From NCBI RefSeq assembly GCF_002113885.1, contig NW_018408889.1, positions 416,383-480,382 of the forward strand: DNA of 64,000 nt. Reading direction: 5' to 3'. The position numbers were made by a program, and so were the translations under genes. This document shows, piece after piece, positions 52,936-64,000 of this stretch (positions within the stretch are counted from its first letter, which is position 1; every line of letters starts with the position of its first letter). The stretch is from Mizuhopecten yessoensis. Lineage: Eukaryota. The notes below the pieces were generated by a model. It saw nothing but the letters and a program-made list of their open reading frames with translations. It was not told the DNA's origin and searched no databases.

Positions 52936-54754
52936 GTAAGTGTCAGTAGTATTTTTGTTCATTTTTAAGCTTTCGTCAATTGCACTCTCTGTCAACGTGT
53001 GGACCCCAGTTCTGTGACCAGGCTGCCGAAGCTGAAGATAATCTTTAGAAATGATAATGAAAGAAAACATGTGGCACGGTAATGAAATTTAATGCATATT
53101 TTGGTGTGAAAATGATTCAATTTAATTAACTTGGTTTTGTGTGGGCGTAGACGAACTATAATAGGATAAAGAGTTAGGAACTAGGAGGATTACTTTAGCA
53201 GTAATTACAATTGGTTACGACTGGGAGACAAATGTTACTGTCTTAAATTTAGTTATAGACATCCAATTTTAGGGGGAAGTCATCGTTTGTTTTTTCAGTT
53301 TTCTAGAAATCACAAACCTTTGACATTTGAAATTATGTTGAATGAGAAAATGTAGAAGAAATTGTTTATTGAAAAGTAAATGTTTTGCAATGTTTTGCCG
53401 ATTTTTTGTACAAGATTAATGGTTGCTGAAAAGAAGTTTTATTGACACTCGCACACATTGCAAAAAATCAGCAGACGACGGCCTGGTCACAACCTAGTAA
53501 GGGGAACAGACATTGACATCGTCTTCTTTGTGTTGTTAATTCAGCTTTTTAGAACTTTTCTTTTAAAATACCGCACCCAATCAATGCCTAAGATCATGAT
53601 TTTGCTTAATGTTGGATGTTTTCTCCGGCATTTGGAGACAGGTCTGTGATATATATTTTTTTGCATCAGAATCTCTCTTTGTGCATGGTGTGGAACTGAT
53701 GTGTATTTACTATTAAGAAATGCAAACTGACTGGTCTTGAAAATGACATTGTTTAATTGTTTAACAACCTGTGTCTTATGATTTTGTTTGTAACATTTCC
53801 TATATATATATATGTGTGTCAAAAAACTATCCTAGCGAATGTGCAGGCTCAAATGTCCAAACGGCCATGAGAATGGACAAGTAACGCCTTATTAACTCGT
53901 CATGTTTTAGAGAGAAAAAATGTAAACCAATGTTATATTTTTGAAATCCAGTAGATCATATATAGGATCAATGTTGTATAGGTAAGGTCTGAAAGTAAAT
54001 TTAACATCATACAGCTTGTGTGGTAACAAAATAAATCATTTTCATCTGTCCTAAATTTGATGCAGTACAAGTGTCTATTGGTGTACCTTTAGAATCTTTC
54101 AATATACGTGTACTCTATATCTCCTTCCCCTGTGCCTGACACTTCATATGTAAATCAATCAAGATCAAAAGTTACCAAAACTTTTTCTTCGTATAAATCA
54201 GAAAGGAGAGGATTAAATATGGTCAATGTAAGAAAACTTTGTCCTTTTAAAACAGGGTCCTATACATGTCTGTATCTTGTGTGGTGTATAAGAAACAGTA
54301 GATGTAATCAGAATATGAGGGATATTTACTACCCTAGTAGTGTAAACACTCGGGGAACAATGTCCTGATTTAAATCAATACCTAAAGCTACCAGTCTGGG
54401 CAAAGTGTAGGCAAAGAGTGGTACAATATCTTCCCAACAACACAACAATGCTAACTTATAGATCCCCAAATCCTTCACACCTTAGTATAGAGAGAGCTTC
54501 CAATGAAAATATTTAACCAATTTCAGTTATCATAAGAGTCAACAGAAGTTTAAAGAACCTTCAGATAGGTGGATCTAGTGGATCTAGATATTGTCTGGAA
54601 TGTCAAGACTAACTTTGACTTTGTAGGTACTGATGTCATGCGTAATGTTTAGGGTTTAATTAAGTTGTAAGAACTTGTGCCCAATCCTTTTTGTCATTTT
54701 CAAGGCAATAAAAATATGTTTAAAAGACAAAAAAAAAAATGTTTGGTATTTACT

Positions 54755-54838
54755 TGCCACCCCTGAAATTTCATAATGAACTATACCAACCTTTGAATTG
54801 GAAGAGTTCAAATGTGTCTTTAGGGGTGAATGAGTTAA
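54755..54838 (-). mobile_element. ~90-bp TTAA MITE (copy 5, inverted orientation, one end eroded)
   Basis: cacccctgaaatttcataatgaacta...gaagagttcaaatgtgtctttaggggtgaatgagttaa. Confidence 0.88.
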
Positions 54839-57800
54839 ACTCACCACCCCCTACTTATAACAGTTAATTGTTTCGAAAATGAAGGAATACCTTAAAATAG
54901 AGCTTTCTTCATACATTTATGGTGTTAAATTAAAGAAGAAGCGCACTGCCTATTTTACACTGTTTCTAAGGTCTAAGATTCCTGGGTGTATGCAGCATGC
55001 TATATGATTCTATGTATAATATTAGAATGTACATATTTGAAAGAACTGTATACAGTTTTCAGAATGCGGTATGCTCATAGTTATTTCAGAAATGTGTAGG
55101 AGTTATTTCAAAAATACATTGTTTGTAGGATTTCATTGTACCCTGTAATAATAACCACCCACAAAACTAAAACACCCATCAATATTTCTGGTGTATATAC
55201 TGACCCAAAGACACCCAGGAGTTGACATAGTTTGGGACCATTCATGAGAACTATAGCTCATATATGTACGTATATGTGTAAATCTGAAGTAAATACTACC
55301 TGAAACGTAGCCCTAACATGAATTGCATTTAATTTGGATGAAATTTCAATGTTTTATTCCCTCCAACTTTCACATGTAAAATGACATTTATTATCATCAA
55401 ATGCATAATATTATAAGCCTATATTGTTATCAAAAAAGGAACATGTGTAGAAAAATTTATTTATAATAGCTCATTTTGCTTGTTTAGTTGAATGAAACGT
55501 TCTTAGGTGTATTACAGATATGATATAAACATCATAAACAGAGGTTGTAGATTTTGGACTGAACAATAGTGATTAGCGACACTTGGTAACCGTGACGATG
55601 GTTTTACAGAACAAAACATTGTTATTTACTACGTTCAATTCATTGCTCCACATCCAGCCATGCGAATATATTTCAAAAGTTTCAGATTATAAAATGGTTG
55701 ATCCGTATACAAATTGAATTCTTCAAAACCTTTCGATGTTCTTTAATTTCCAAATTGCTTGAAAGAAATCTCACTCTTTATATAAAGCAAATGAAAGTAG
55801 AAATGATGAGCAACAACACCACTGAATCCGGTACAAAATGTGATGCTTGATTTATATCCTGGGTGCTGACTCCCCCTGGTGTTCTTAATATAAAGAGTGA
55901 ACATGTTTAGGCTGGACGGGAGCTTTGAGTTGGGTAAAAAGTAACCAAGAATATATCCGAGAGTGTTATTTATAGAAATCAAGACACGGCTAGTGACTTA
56001 CAAAATTGGTGTTTTTATTTTATCCCAGAAATATCCTCTCCCTTTTATTTTTATTTTTTATTCATTTCTTTATTTTCACCACTTGAAGAGGTTCTTCAAA
56101 GCCCGACATAGGAATAGACGATCAGTGAGTAATCGCCATACTGGTCTAAGATCATATATAATACTGTGCACTGTATTTTGCATGTAACTTGTCATATATA
56201 ATCTCACACCAGCCTTGGGTTGTTCAACAATCTGGTTTTGGGGAATTCAAGGGGGATTTTTTTTTTTAACTATAACCTGCAAATAAAAGGAATGACAGAA
56301 AGCTTGCTAGTTTGCCTGGTTGGTTTGGCTTTTTACTTAACATGTGTCTACCAACTCGAGTCAGACCTACGTTAACACTTAACATTAGTAAAACGCATGC
56401 TCGTATCTATGTTCGGTCTGGCGACAGCTGGTAGACTCTTACTTCCCCCCTGTTTCCCATTTTCTCTACTAATAGCTAATCAATACTTATACACTGTTAC
56501 TCTGATCGTGCGACTTCCTTTCAGGATTCTTGAGACAATCTTCTCTCTCGTTTCTTAATATCGTAGCTCCAGTAGCAATGTAGAAGATTCTGAAGGTGCT
56601 GCAGCAATTCTTCCGAAGGCTCTCTAGCCTCGTACGTTATTACAAATCATATCGAATCATTGTCTTCTGGCTCTCTCTTGCATGCAAGATTTGCTTGCAT
56701 TCTGTTGACCAGAATATGGCTACGACCAAGTTTTTTCCTATTGATTATGGAACGGTATTGTATTGCTGCATAATTCCGATGTGCTTTTGATTATTTTCCT
56801 GTCTTGAGAAATTTGCCGGAGAAAATTGCTTCAAGTCTTGTCCGTAGGGTTTTCTTAGAAGTCACCGTCTAGCGCATTGCTTACTGCTGAAATATTTGCA
56901 TGTTAAACACTGATATCTCTTCGGCATGCATTGATGAATATTGAAGCTTTGGGCAGATTATATATCTCTGAGATGTTCACAGAAAAGGGCATTGAGTTGG
57001 CTTCACTATCAATAAAAATCGAAGTTTAAAGCCGTAAAACGTATAAAGACCTTTTCTCTTTCAGTTTTATCTGGATTTCTTTTTATTTCATTAAAATGCG
57101 GATCACATTTACATTAATTAGTATTCATACATGTTGATTGAGTAATGAACAAAGAGAAATATTCTTTTGAATGATCATGTATAAAAAATTCTAAACTTTA
57201 GCTTATCAGTATTTTTGAAGTAACGGAAAATGGTATTTGTGATATTGCGTAACATGAAACATTTGCAGATGATTTCAGTTTGACAGTCTCCTTTCGTTGA
57301 TTGATTAAAACTTTTCCCAGTCAACCTTTTGGTTGTTGCTCATATTCATTGTTCAATATCTGCAACATAGTGAAATCATCAAAACAGATGGCTTCATACT
57401 ATTAGACATGTATCTTAATTATGCCGTATTGAAATCGTGATTTCAGTAAATATGCAAATATTTTTTGTGCTACTGGTATTGGGTAGTTTATCCTGAGATA
57501 TTTATTTCCTAGTTCTGCACAATAGATAGATCAGTAGTCAGTTTTCTTTAGCTTAGAAAGTTCAGCTTTTCCTTTCCAATATTTTACTAACTAATTCTGA
57601 ATGTCTCCCGATCACCTGTATCACTTTCAAAGTCATCATGACAATTTCTTTGATATCATCGTCATATTTTTACCATCGTCATTCCCCTCATCTTCGTTAA
57701 TAGTTTCACCATCAAAATGTTTTCGTCGAGGTCATACTCATTGTTTTCATCATTTATGTCATGAAAATCACCTTGTCATAGCTACAGCTGTATTCATACC

Positions 57801-59975
57801 CGTCCCTCACAGATACAGGTATCGTGGTTCTCCCCCGGGGGCAGGGAACACTTGTACGTGGTCCCCTCCAAGGGCAGGAAACACATGCACTCCTCTTACA
57901 AGTCAATGGTGGCGGGGTATATGTGTGCACATGTGTATCTTCAGAAGCACTGACACATGGCAACAGGTATTTGTTACAGCCTCACGCAAAGTACCACTAG
58001 CTAGATGTGTGTTAGATGACATGGACACTCCAGGTAAGGATTTTGTTTTGTATGTATGGCGTACCTGTATTTTCTACCTGTACACGCAGGTGCTCAAACT
58101 GATTCGCTGCTCCTACGGATGATTAACAGGACAAGCATGCGACTGAGACAGATTTCTATCTATATCTATATCTTTGAAGGTTTTCACTGTCTGTTTTGCT
58201 CAGATGACCTGACCAGCGATAAACAGTCATCTGTCACGATCAATCAGCACAACTCAAAAAATAAAGATTTTGTTTTATATCTATCGTGAAATGTTTAGCA
58301 GAACCCTGTTATTCTGGACACTTTTGTGACTTTTCCAGATGGAAGGAAAAATCGATAAAAATAATGTAACTCATAAATATAAAGTCTTGAAAAGGAAATG
58401 AAACTTAGTTAGCCTGATTATTTGAGTCAAAATAAATGAGGTTCTACTGCAGTTGCACAGTTAAAACCGCCAATTTGCAGGTGAAACATGATTTGATACT
58501 TAAAGATCATGATCTATACGATTGCTCCTTAAAGACACCAGACATTCCAGGACAACACAGTAATGTGGTACAATAAGTAGGTTAAGGATTTTTGTTCTAG
58601 GCTCAGTTATAGCCAGAACAAAGACGTTAAGTCACATCAATCAGTTAAATCAGAGGATAATGATTTTATGTTCCTGTTCATGTCTGTATGTGCTAATTGG
58701 TGAACCATGTAGAACCGTTGAATAAGATTCCTAAATTTTCTTACTTTGGTACATGTATATGTTATCCCCAAAGATTTGCATCAACCAGGCATTAAGAGCT
58801 TCAAAAGTGCTTGTAAGTGCTTCAGCAGAGCCTTATAAAGGAGCTTCAACAGAACTTGAGCTTTATTTGTACTCTTCGTTTTGTTTGTCCAGTAATAGAC
58901 ATCCTGTCTGTTGTGTTTTCCTTTTCTGTAAACACTATGGTAGGTTTCACACATTCCGGCTGTAATTTTTGTACACTTCTCTACAATGTCGACATCATGC
59001 TTGCCAACTCTCCTTATTTAGGAGGAAGACTCCAGATCTCGGGCCCTTAAATTGAGCATTTTTAACCAGTGACTTTGCCAAACTATTCCTATTTTCTAAG
59101 ATCTGATGAATTTTTTTTGAAAGGATAGCCCAAACAATGCCATTTAAAAGTGTTATTTTTCCCTAGGGTTTATTTATGGTTTTAATTCTGAGCAAGCGTA
59201 ATCTGCCCCATGGATATTTCAAAAAGTTGCCAAGAATGCGACATTGTCACTGAAACATTCTTAGTAAGTTCCAGGATTAATGATAAAACAAACCTAACAC
59301 AGCAGGACTATGTCAGCAAAGTGTCATACATCACAGTTAGTGCCCGCAACACCTATTGGTCGATAGGTCTATGGTAATTGGGGAAGAATGCTTGTACCAC
59401 CTGCTGTAATCAGCTATTACATATACCTTATCCTCACAAATAACTTCCTGTACAGGGCTTGCGGGTGATCTGTTTATTGTCTAATTGGCCATCTACCCGT
59501 AAATTGACTCTCAAATATGTTTACAATTCCTTACTTCTGATAACGTCCAGTTCGTGTCCAACAAGAGCTGATATACAGTGCACACAACCTTTATGAAAAT
59601 AGCAACTATCTCTGATGCTTTAATTTGGGAAGGGATGGGGTGTTGAAAAATGAGTGCACCTTCATGCTGAATGTGTTTATAGTCATTGGAACCTTTGTAG
59701 ATATACAGACATCAAACAGCAATAAAAAAGACTCAGCCAAAATGGGTAGAGTTCAAATTATGTATAATATTCCCCTCAAATCTAGGCTGTTTTTTCTCCA
59801 AAGAATGTTTAGTTTGTTTTTCTTTGGTTGTTTTTGATGCATGAATTACATAACCGGAATGTTTTACTAACAACAACTTCATTTCACTTAGACGTAAAAC
59901 TGAAACGTTTCTTGTGCATCCATTTTAGTTGTTAGTGCTGCTGTATGGCTTCCACTTCACACACATATATATTAT

Positions 59976-60815
59976 ACAGTTATAGAATGGGTATTAGGGA
60001 AATAGCACATTTATGGTCCCCCGAGGTGAAAAACTATTTCCCGAGGCAGCGAAGCCGTCAAGGGGAATAGTTTTTCACCAAGGGTGACCATAAATGTTCT
60101 ATTTCCCGAATTACCCATTCTATAACTGTTTTATTTAAACGAAACAAATTATTAAAGGCAATTTAACAAATGAATTCATTTATTCATTTCCTTTTACAAT
60201 TGCAAAGAGAAAAAAATACAATTGGAAGTACTGTATGCATCGTCGTTGATGATAACTTCATTTCTAGCATTCAAGTAGTGTTTTTATAGACTGAATCTCA
60301 TAGTCACCATTGTTTTCCTACCATGTCTAGTCCCATCCACTTTTTTAAGTTCTGCATAAAACTTGTGTGGACACACGTTCACCTCCTCTGAACTTGCTTG
60401 ACCCTAATTGTCAACGCTTCGGTATCCGTTCTGTTAAATAAGTTTGAAGTGAGTTCACTGCAGTCTTTATAACAGCTTTTGTATTTAAGCTACGTTTAGC
60501 GTCGAAAATCTGCTGTAACTCCTCTTTACAACAACAAAACGGCCGTCATCGGTGGCCCTTTTCACTGTTGTCATTTGGTTCTGAAAATGTGGCGTCACAA
60601 GCGTCACGGAAAAGGCCCCGCCTACCAATATTTTCACTGGTTGAAATCTTATAGGCACCGCCTACAAATATTCATGAGGGAGTAGTCCTCTTTCTGGTAG
60701 GGAGTAGTCCTTTTTTGCAGAGAGTAGTCTTAATTTGGGGAGGGAGTAGCTCTCAGATGGAGGGATTTAAGTGATTTAAGGGAAATAGCAGATTTTATCG
60801 TATTGTTTTTATATA
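59976..60815. mobile_element. Non-autonomous element with a large terminal hairpin (59976-60129); right boundary approximate
   Basis: acagttatagaatgggta...ggtgaaaaactatt pairs with aatagtttttcacc...tacccattctataactgt; loop region gaggcagcgaagccg; gggaaatagca recurs at ~60781. Confidence 0.7.
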
Positions 60816-61879
60816 AGGAAAACTCGGTAGAGGTACACAACTGTATAATAAATATATATATAACGTATCTGTCTGGTAGCTACTACAAGTGTAAAACATG
60901 ATGTAGACAGGGAATGCCATGTAGACGGGGAATGCCATGTAGACGGGGAATGCCATACACATCGCAATGCTAATGTTTATTGGTGACTGATAGCTATAAG
61001 AAAAGTTAACTTCCTCTTGTGAAGTTTGTGTGTTGAACATTATTATTTCAAATCATATCTTTCTACAACTAATAGCTTCCATCTTGCTGCATGGTTAATG
61101 CATATATTCCCTTTAGAAGCTGCCAGAATTTTATTCCGAAATTATGTACTGCATATAATCTGCTAGGCTTGAAATTTATTTCTTTACCGTTTCTTTATAT
61201 TCATTTGATATATAAGAGCTGTCAGAATTTAAGATGATCTGATATCTAAAAGTTTTATACTTGTACGCATTTTATGTTTAGCTATTTTTAAGTTTCATAA
61301 AAAAATATTCGTTAAGAAGGTTGTGGCATGTATGTGATGAAATTTAATTTGCAACTTAAGTTTGATTTTTAAATCTTCAGTTTTGTGTCTCTGTTTACTC
61401 TGTCGGTGTCAGTTTGCATTGTCGCTATTGTCACTCTGGGTAAACACAGAACAATGTCGATGGCATTAATTTCATGTCAGTGTAACAAAGAATTATCTTG
61501 CAATTTGGAAACAAAATTATTTGATCAAATTAATAATGAAAACGTGATGGAACATGAATCTGTATTAAAGAAAATACATTTCCATGTGATTTGTGAAGAC
61601 TGTACCTAAGCTCTGACATTTGTTCCATATAATGGGACGTCAATTTGCTGTATTTGAAACATTTACACAAAACTGCGTGAATTGCCATCAAAGCTAGTGT
61701 TAAAATGTGAACAAATCAAAAAATAAAAATCTTCAAAGAATATTAAATACCTTTAAAAAATTCCAAAATTTTGAAAACTTTGAAAACTTTGATTTAGTTT
61801 TCAGTTAATTATTTCCCTCTACCCCTTATTTGACTGTTTGAGAGAATGTTCCGTGCTGACCATGAGTTTCCACCTGTAG

Positions 61880-62075
61880 GGGGAGCGACTGAGCCATGCA
61901 GTGGGCTGTGCCTTTGCGATCTGTCTGGAGAGGAAGCAGAAACGAGACAAAGAGGTGACGACAAGTGTGACAGTGACCTACAGTCAGGACCGCACCAGCT
62001 TCACGAGAATGGGCTCCTTCCGTCAGACCTCGCTTACAGAGAGGATCACAGACCCGCAGAGTGCCATTATAGCAG
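61880..62075 (+). CDS. numb: numb exon, end of PTB (GERLSHAVGCAFAICLERKQKRDKEVTTSVTVTYSQDRTSFTRMGSFRQTSLTERITDPQSAIIA)
   Basis: GERLSHAVGCAFA.CLERKQKR and F.R.GSFR motifs; ctgtag acceptor; CAG|gtgagg donor, phase 1. Confidence 0.98.
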
Positions 62076-62775
62076 GTGAGGGGTCAGGGGTCAGGGGTCA
62101 TACAAAATAACACCCAGTCATCACTGATGTGTCAGGGGTCAGTAAGGACATGGTATATACCAACTGCAGCAGGTGACATGTCACAGTGTGAAGACTGACT
62201 GCAGCAGGTGAAATGTCACATGGTGTAGACCCACTAGCAGGTTAGGGGTCAGGGGTCATACAAAATAACACCCAGTCATCACTGATGTGTCAGGGGTCAG
62301 TAAGGACATGGTATATACCACCTGCAGCAGGTGACATGTCAGAGTGTGAAGACTGACTGCAGCAGGTGAAATGTCACATGGTTTAGACCCACTAGCAGGT
62401 TAGGGGTCAGGGGTCAGTGGTCATACAAAATAACACCCAGCCATCAGCAAGGACTGTAGCAAGTGACACATCACATGGTGTAGACCAACTGCAGCAGGTG
62501 ACATGTCACATGGTTTAGACCCGCTAAGAGGTGACATGTCACATGGTTTAGACCCGCTAGCAGGTGACATGTCACATGGTTTAGGCCCACTAGCAGGTGA
62601 CATGTCACATGGTTTAGACCCGCTAGCAGGTAATGTGTCACTTGATCTACATAATGTACATGATCTAGATGCATTCTAGCAAGTGACAGGTCACATGGTC
62701 TAGACCAACTGTAGCAGGTGATATTTATTATGCATGGTCTATCTAGATACACTTTAGCAAGTGACAGGTCACAGG
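62070..62775. repeat. Compound repeat: 158-bp units plus 33-bp units, beginning at the exon-intron junction
   Basis: tagcaggt(g/t)aggggtcaggggtca at 62070, 62235 and 62393; gcaggtgacatgtcacatggtttagacccgcta tandem units. Confidence 0.92.
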
Positions 62776-63390
62776 TTTAACACCATTCGCGTATCTAAGG
62801 AGGGAGGGATAGGCTGACCCAGGTGGATCTCATTTAACGTCATCAATCAATGCCATTGGAATGAAATGACTTTTTAATCCCTGAAATCTTCTTAGATCTG
62901 TATTAGAAAATATTAATGTTTCCCTACTACATCCACATTAGCTGAATCATTATCATGTGGAGGTTCTATAATTTGTTATATTCACTCCGAGTTACTATTT
63001 TTGGAAACATCTGATTAATATACACTTAATGACGTCGCTTCAATTGTAACGTCACAATGCTTTCTGCCAAATGCAGCACTTTTCTCAAGACAGGTTGCTT
63101 GTACTTTGTCTCAATTAATGATAAAAACATAATGATTATATATCTTTTATAACAATTATGGACGTTGACTTTGGTGAATATATATGACATGGACCTGAAA
63201 AGTGATGTTGGCCTATGATTAACTTCGTCTTGGTTAATATCACATTTACAGGTCCATATAACCACCTATTCACCTCAACAAAGGTCCATTATTGATAATT
63301 ATATAATACTAAGACTGAAAAATCAAGGGTGTGCTATTCTGCCGTTGAAATTATTGTTTGAACCGAAATAACTTTCCATTTTTGCTACAG

Positions 63391-63615
63391 AGCCAGTCCC
63401 TGTGAAAAAAGTAGACAACCCATTTGCTGTTCAGAGACCTCGGGCTACACCAAACATGATACAGAGGCAGGGCTCATTCAGGGGCTTTGAAAATTTACAG
63501 GCAGAGTCATCTCCCTTTAAACGCTCCGTTTCCTTACGACTTAACGACTTGCCATCAACTCTACAGCGACAGAATGCTGTCTATGACACATCGCCACCCA
63601 AATCATCTAACACAG
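63391..63615 (+). CDS. numb: numb exon, NumbF domain ((E)PVPVKKVDNPFAVQRPRATPNMIQRQGSFRGFENLQAESSPFKRSVSLRLNDLPSTLQRQNAVYDTSPPKSSNT); gene continues past the window
   Basis: RQGSFRGF...SPFKR.SLR.N.LPST.QR NumbF signature; ctacag acceptor, CAG|gtacgt donor; 225 nt phase 1-1. Confidence 0.98.
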
Positions 63616-64000
63616 GTACGTCGGACCAGCTTCAAAACCACAATGATAGGCTGGTGTGTTTACTAGATTTACGACATGGATGATGATGTATCCCAAAAAG
63701 ATATGTTACAGTCTTCTTTAATTTTGAATACTATATGCCAGGAAATTTGTACCCAGTCACATTTGTTACCCTTCCTTTAACAGTAAAATCACAACATCAA
63801 ATTCCCCCTACACATTTAATTACTATGTATGTTGTTAACACATGTTCACTATATGATAAATTAGAAAATTAAACTACAGCGAAAAATTCCCAGTATAGAG
63901 TAGTAAAACATAACCAAGAAGGCAGGAATAGCAAAACATTTGTTGTTGTAAGCTAAACCATGAATGAGTTTTTTTTGTCCTACCATGAATGAGTTTTTTT

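Noticed and set aside
57601-58122. 173-aa ORF with a SPP.AGNTCT duplication, and a possible 6-nt microexon (cag|ATACAG|gtatcg)
   Set aside because: No recognisable domain, low-complexity start; the microexon donor is weak and would interrupt a highly conserved PTB junction

Overview
AT-rich, intron-rich animal genomic DNA. The SINE, MITE and HINE repertoire suggests a bivalve mollusc (inference). Most ORF-track entries are spurious; the real genes are spliced. Two + strand genes can be reconstructed by hand. (1) The last three coding exons of DYNC2LI1 (dynein-2 light intermediate chain; 1887-1938, 3634-3726, 4373-4450), possibly followed by a 3'-UTR intron. (2) The 5' part of numb: a putative CpG-rich promoter with non-coding first exon(s) at ~14.6-15.3 kb, a candidate exon adding an N-myristoylation leader (MGLNKTT..., 24264-24305), and six frame-consistent coding exons for the PTB and NumbF domains (30313-63615); the gene continues beyond the window. 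Introns and intergenic DNA hold tRNA-derived SINEs, TTAA-flanked ~90-bp MITEs, hAT- and Tc1-like MITEs, long hairpin elements, Helentron/pearl-like elements and many minisatellites. I found no convincing wholly new multi-gene system. The best leads are the myristoylated Numb isoform, a tandem repeat that has copied a numb splice donor, a possible internal numb promoter, inverted MITEs around PTB exons, and a satellite shifting from a monomer to a higher-order repeat.
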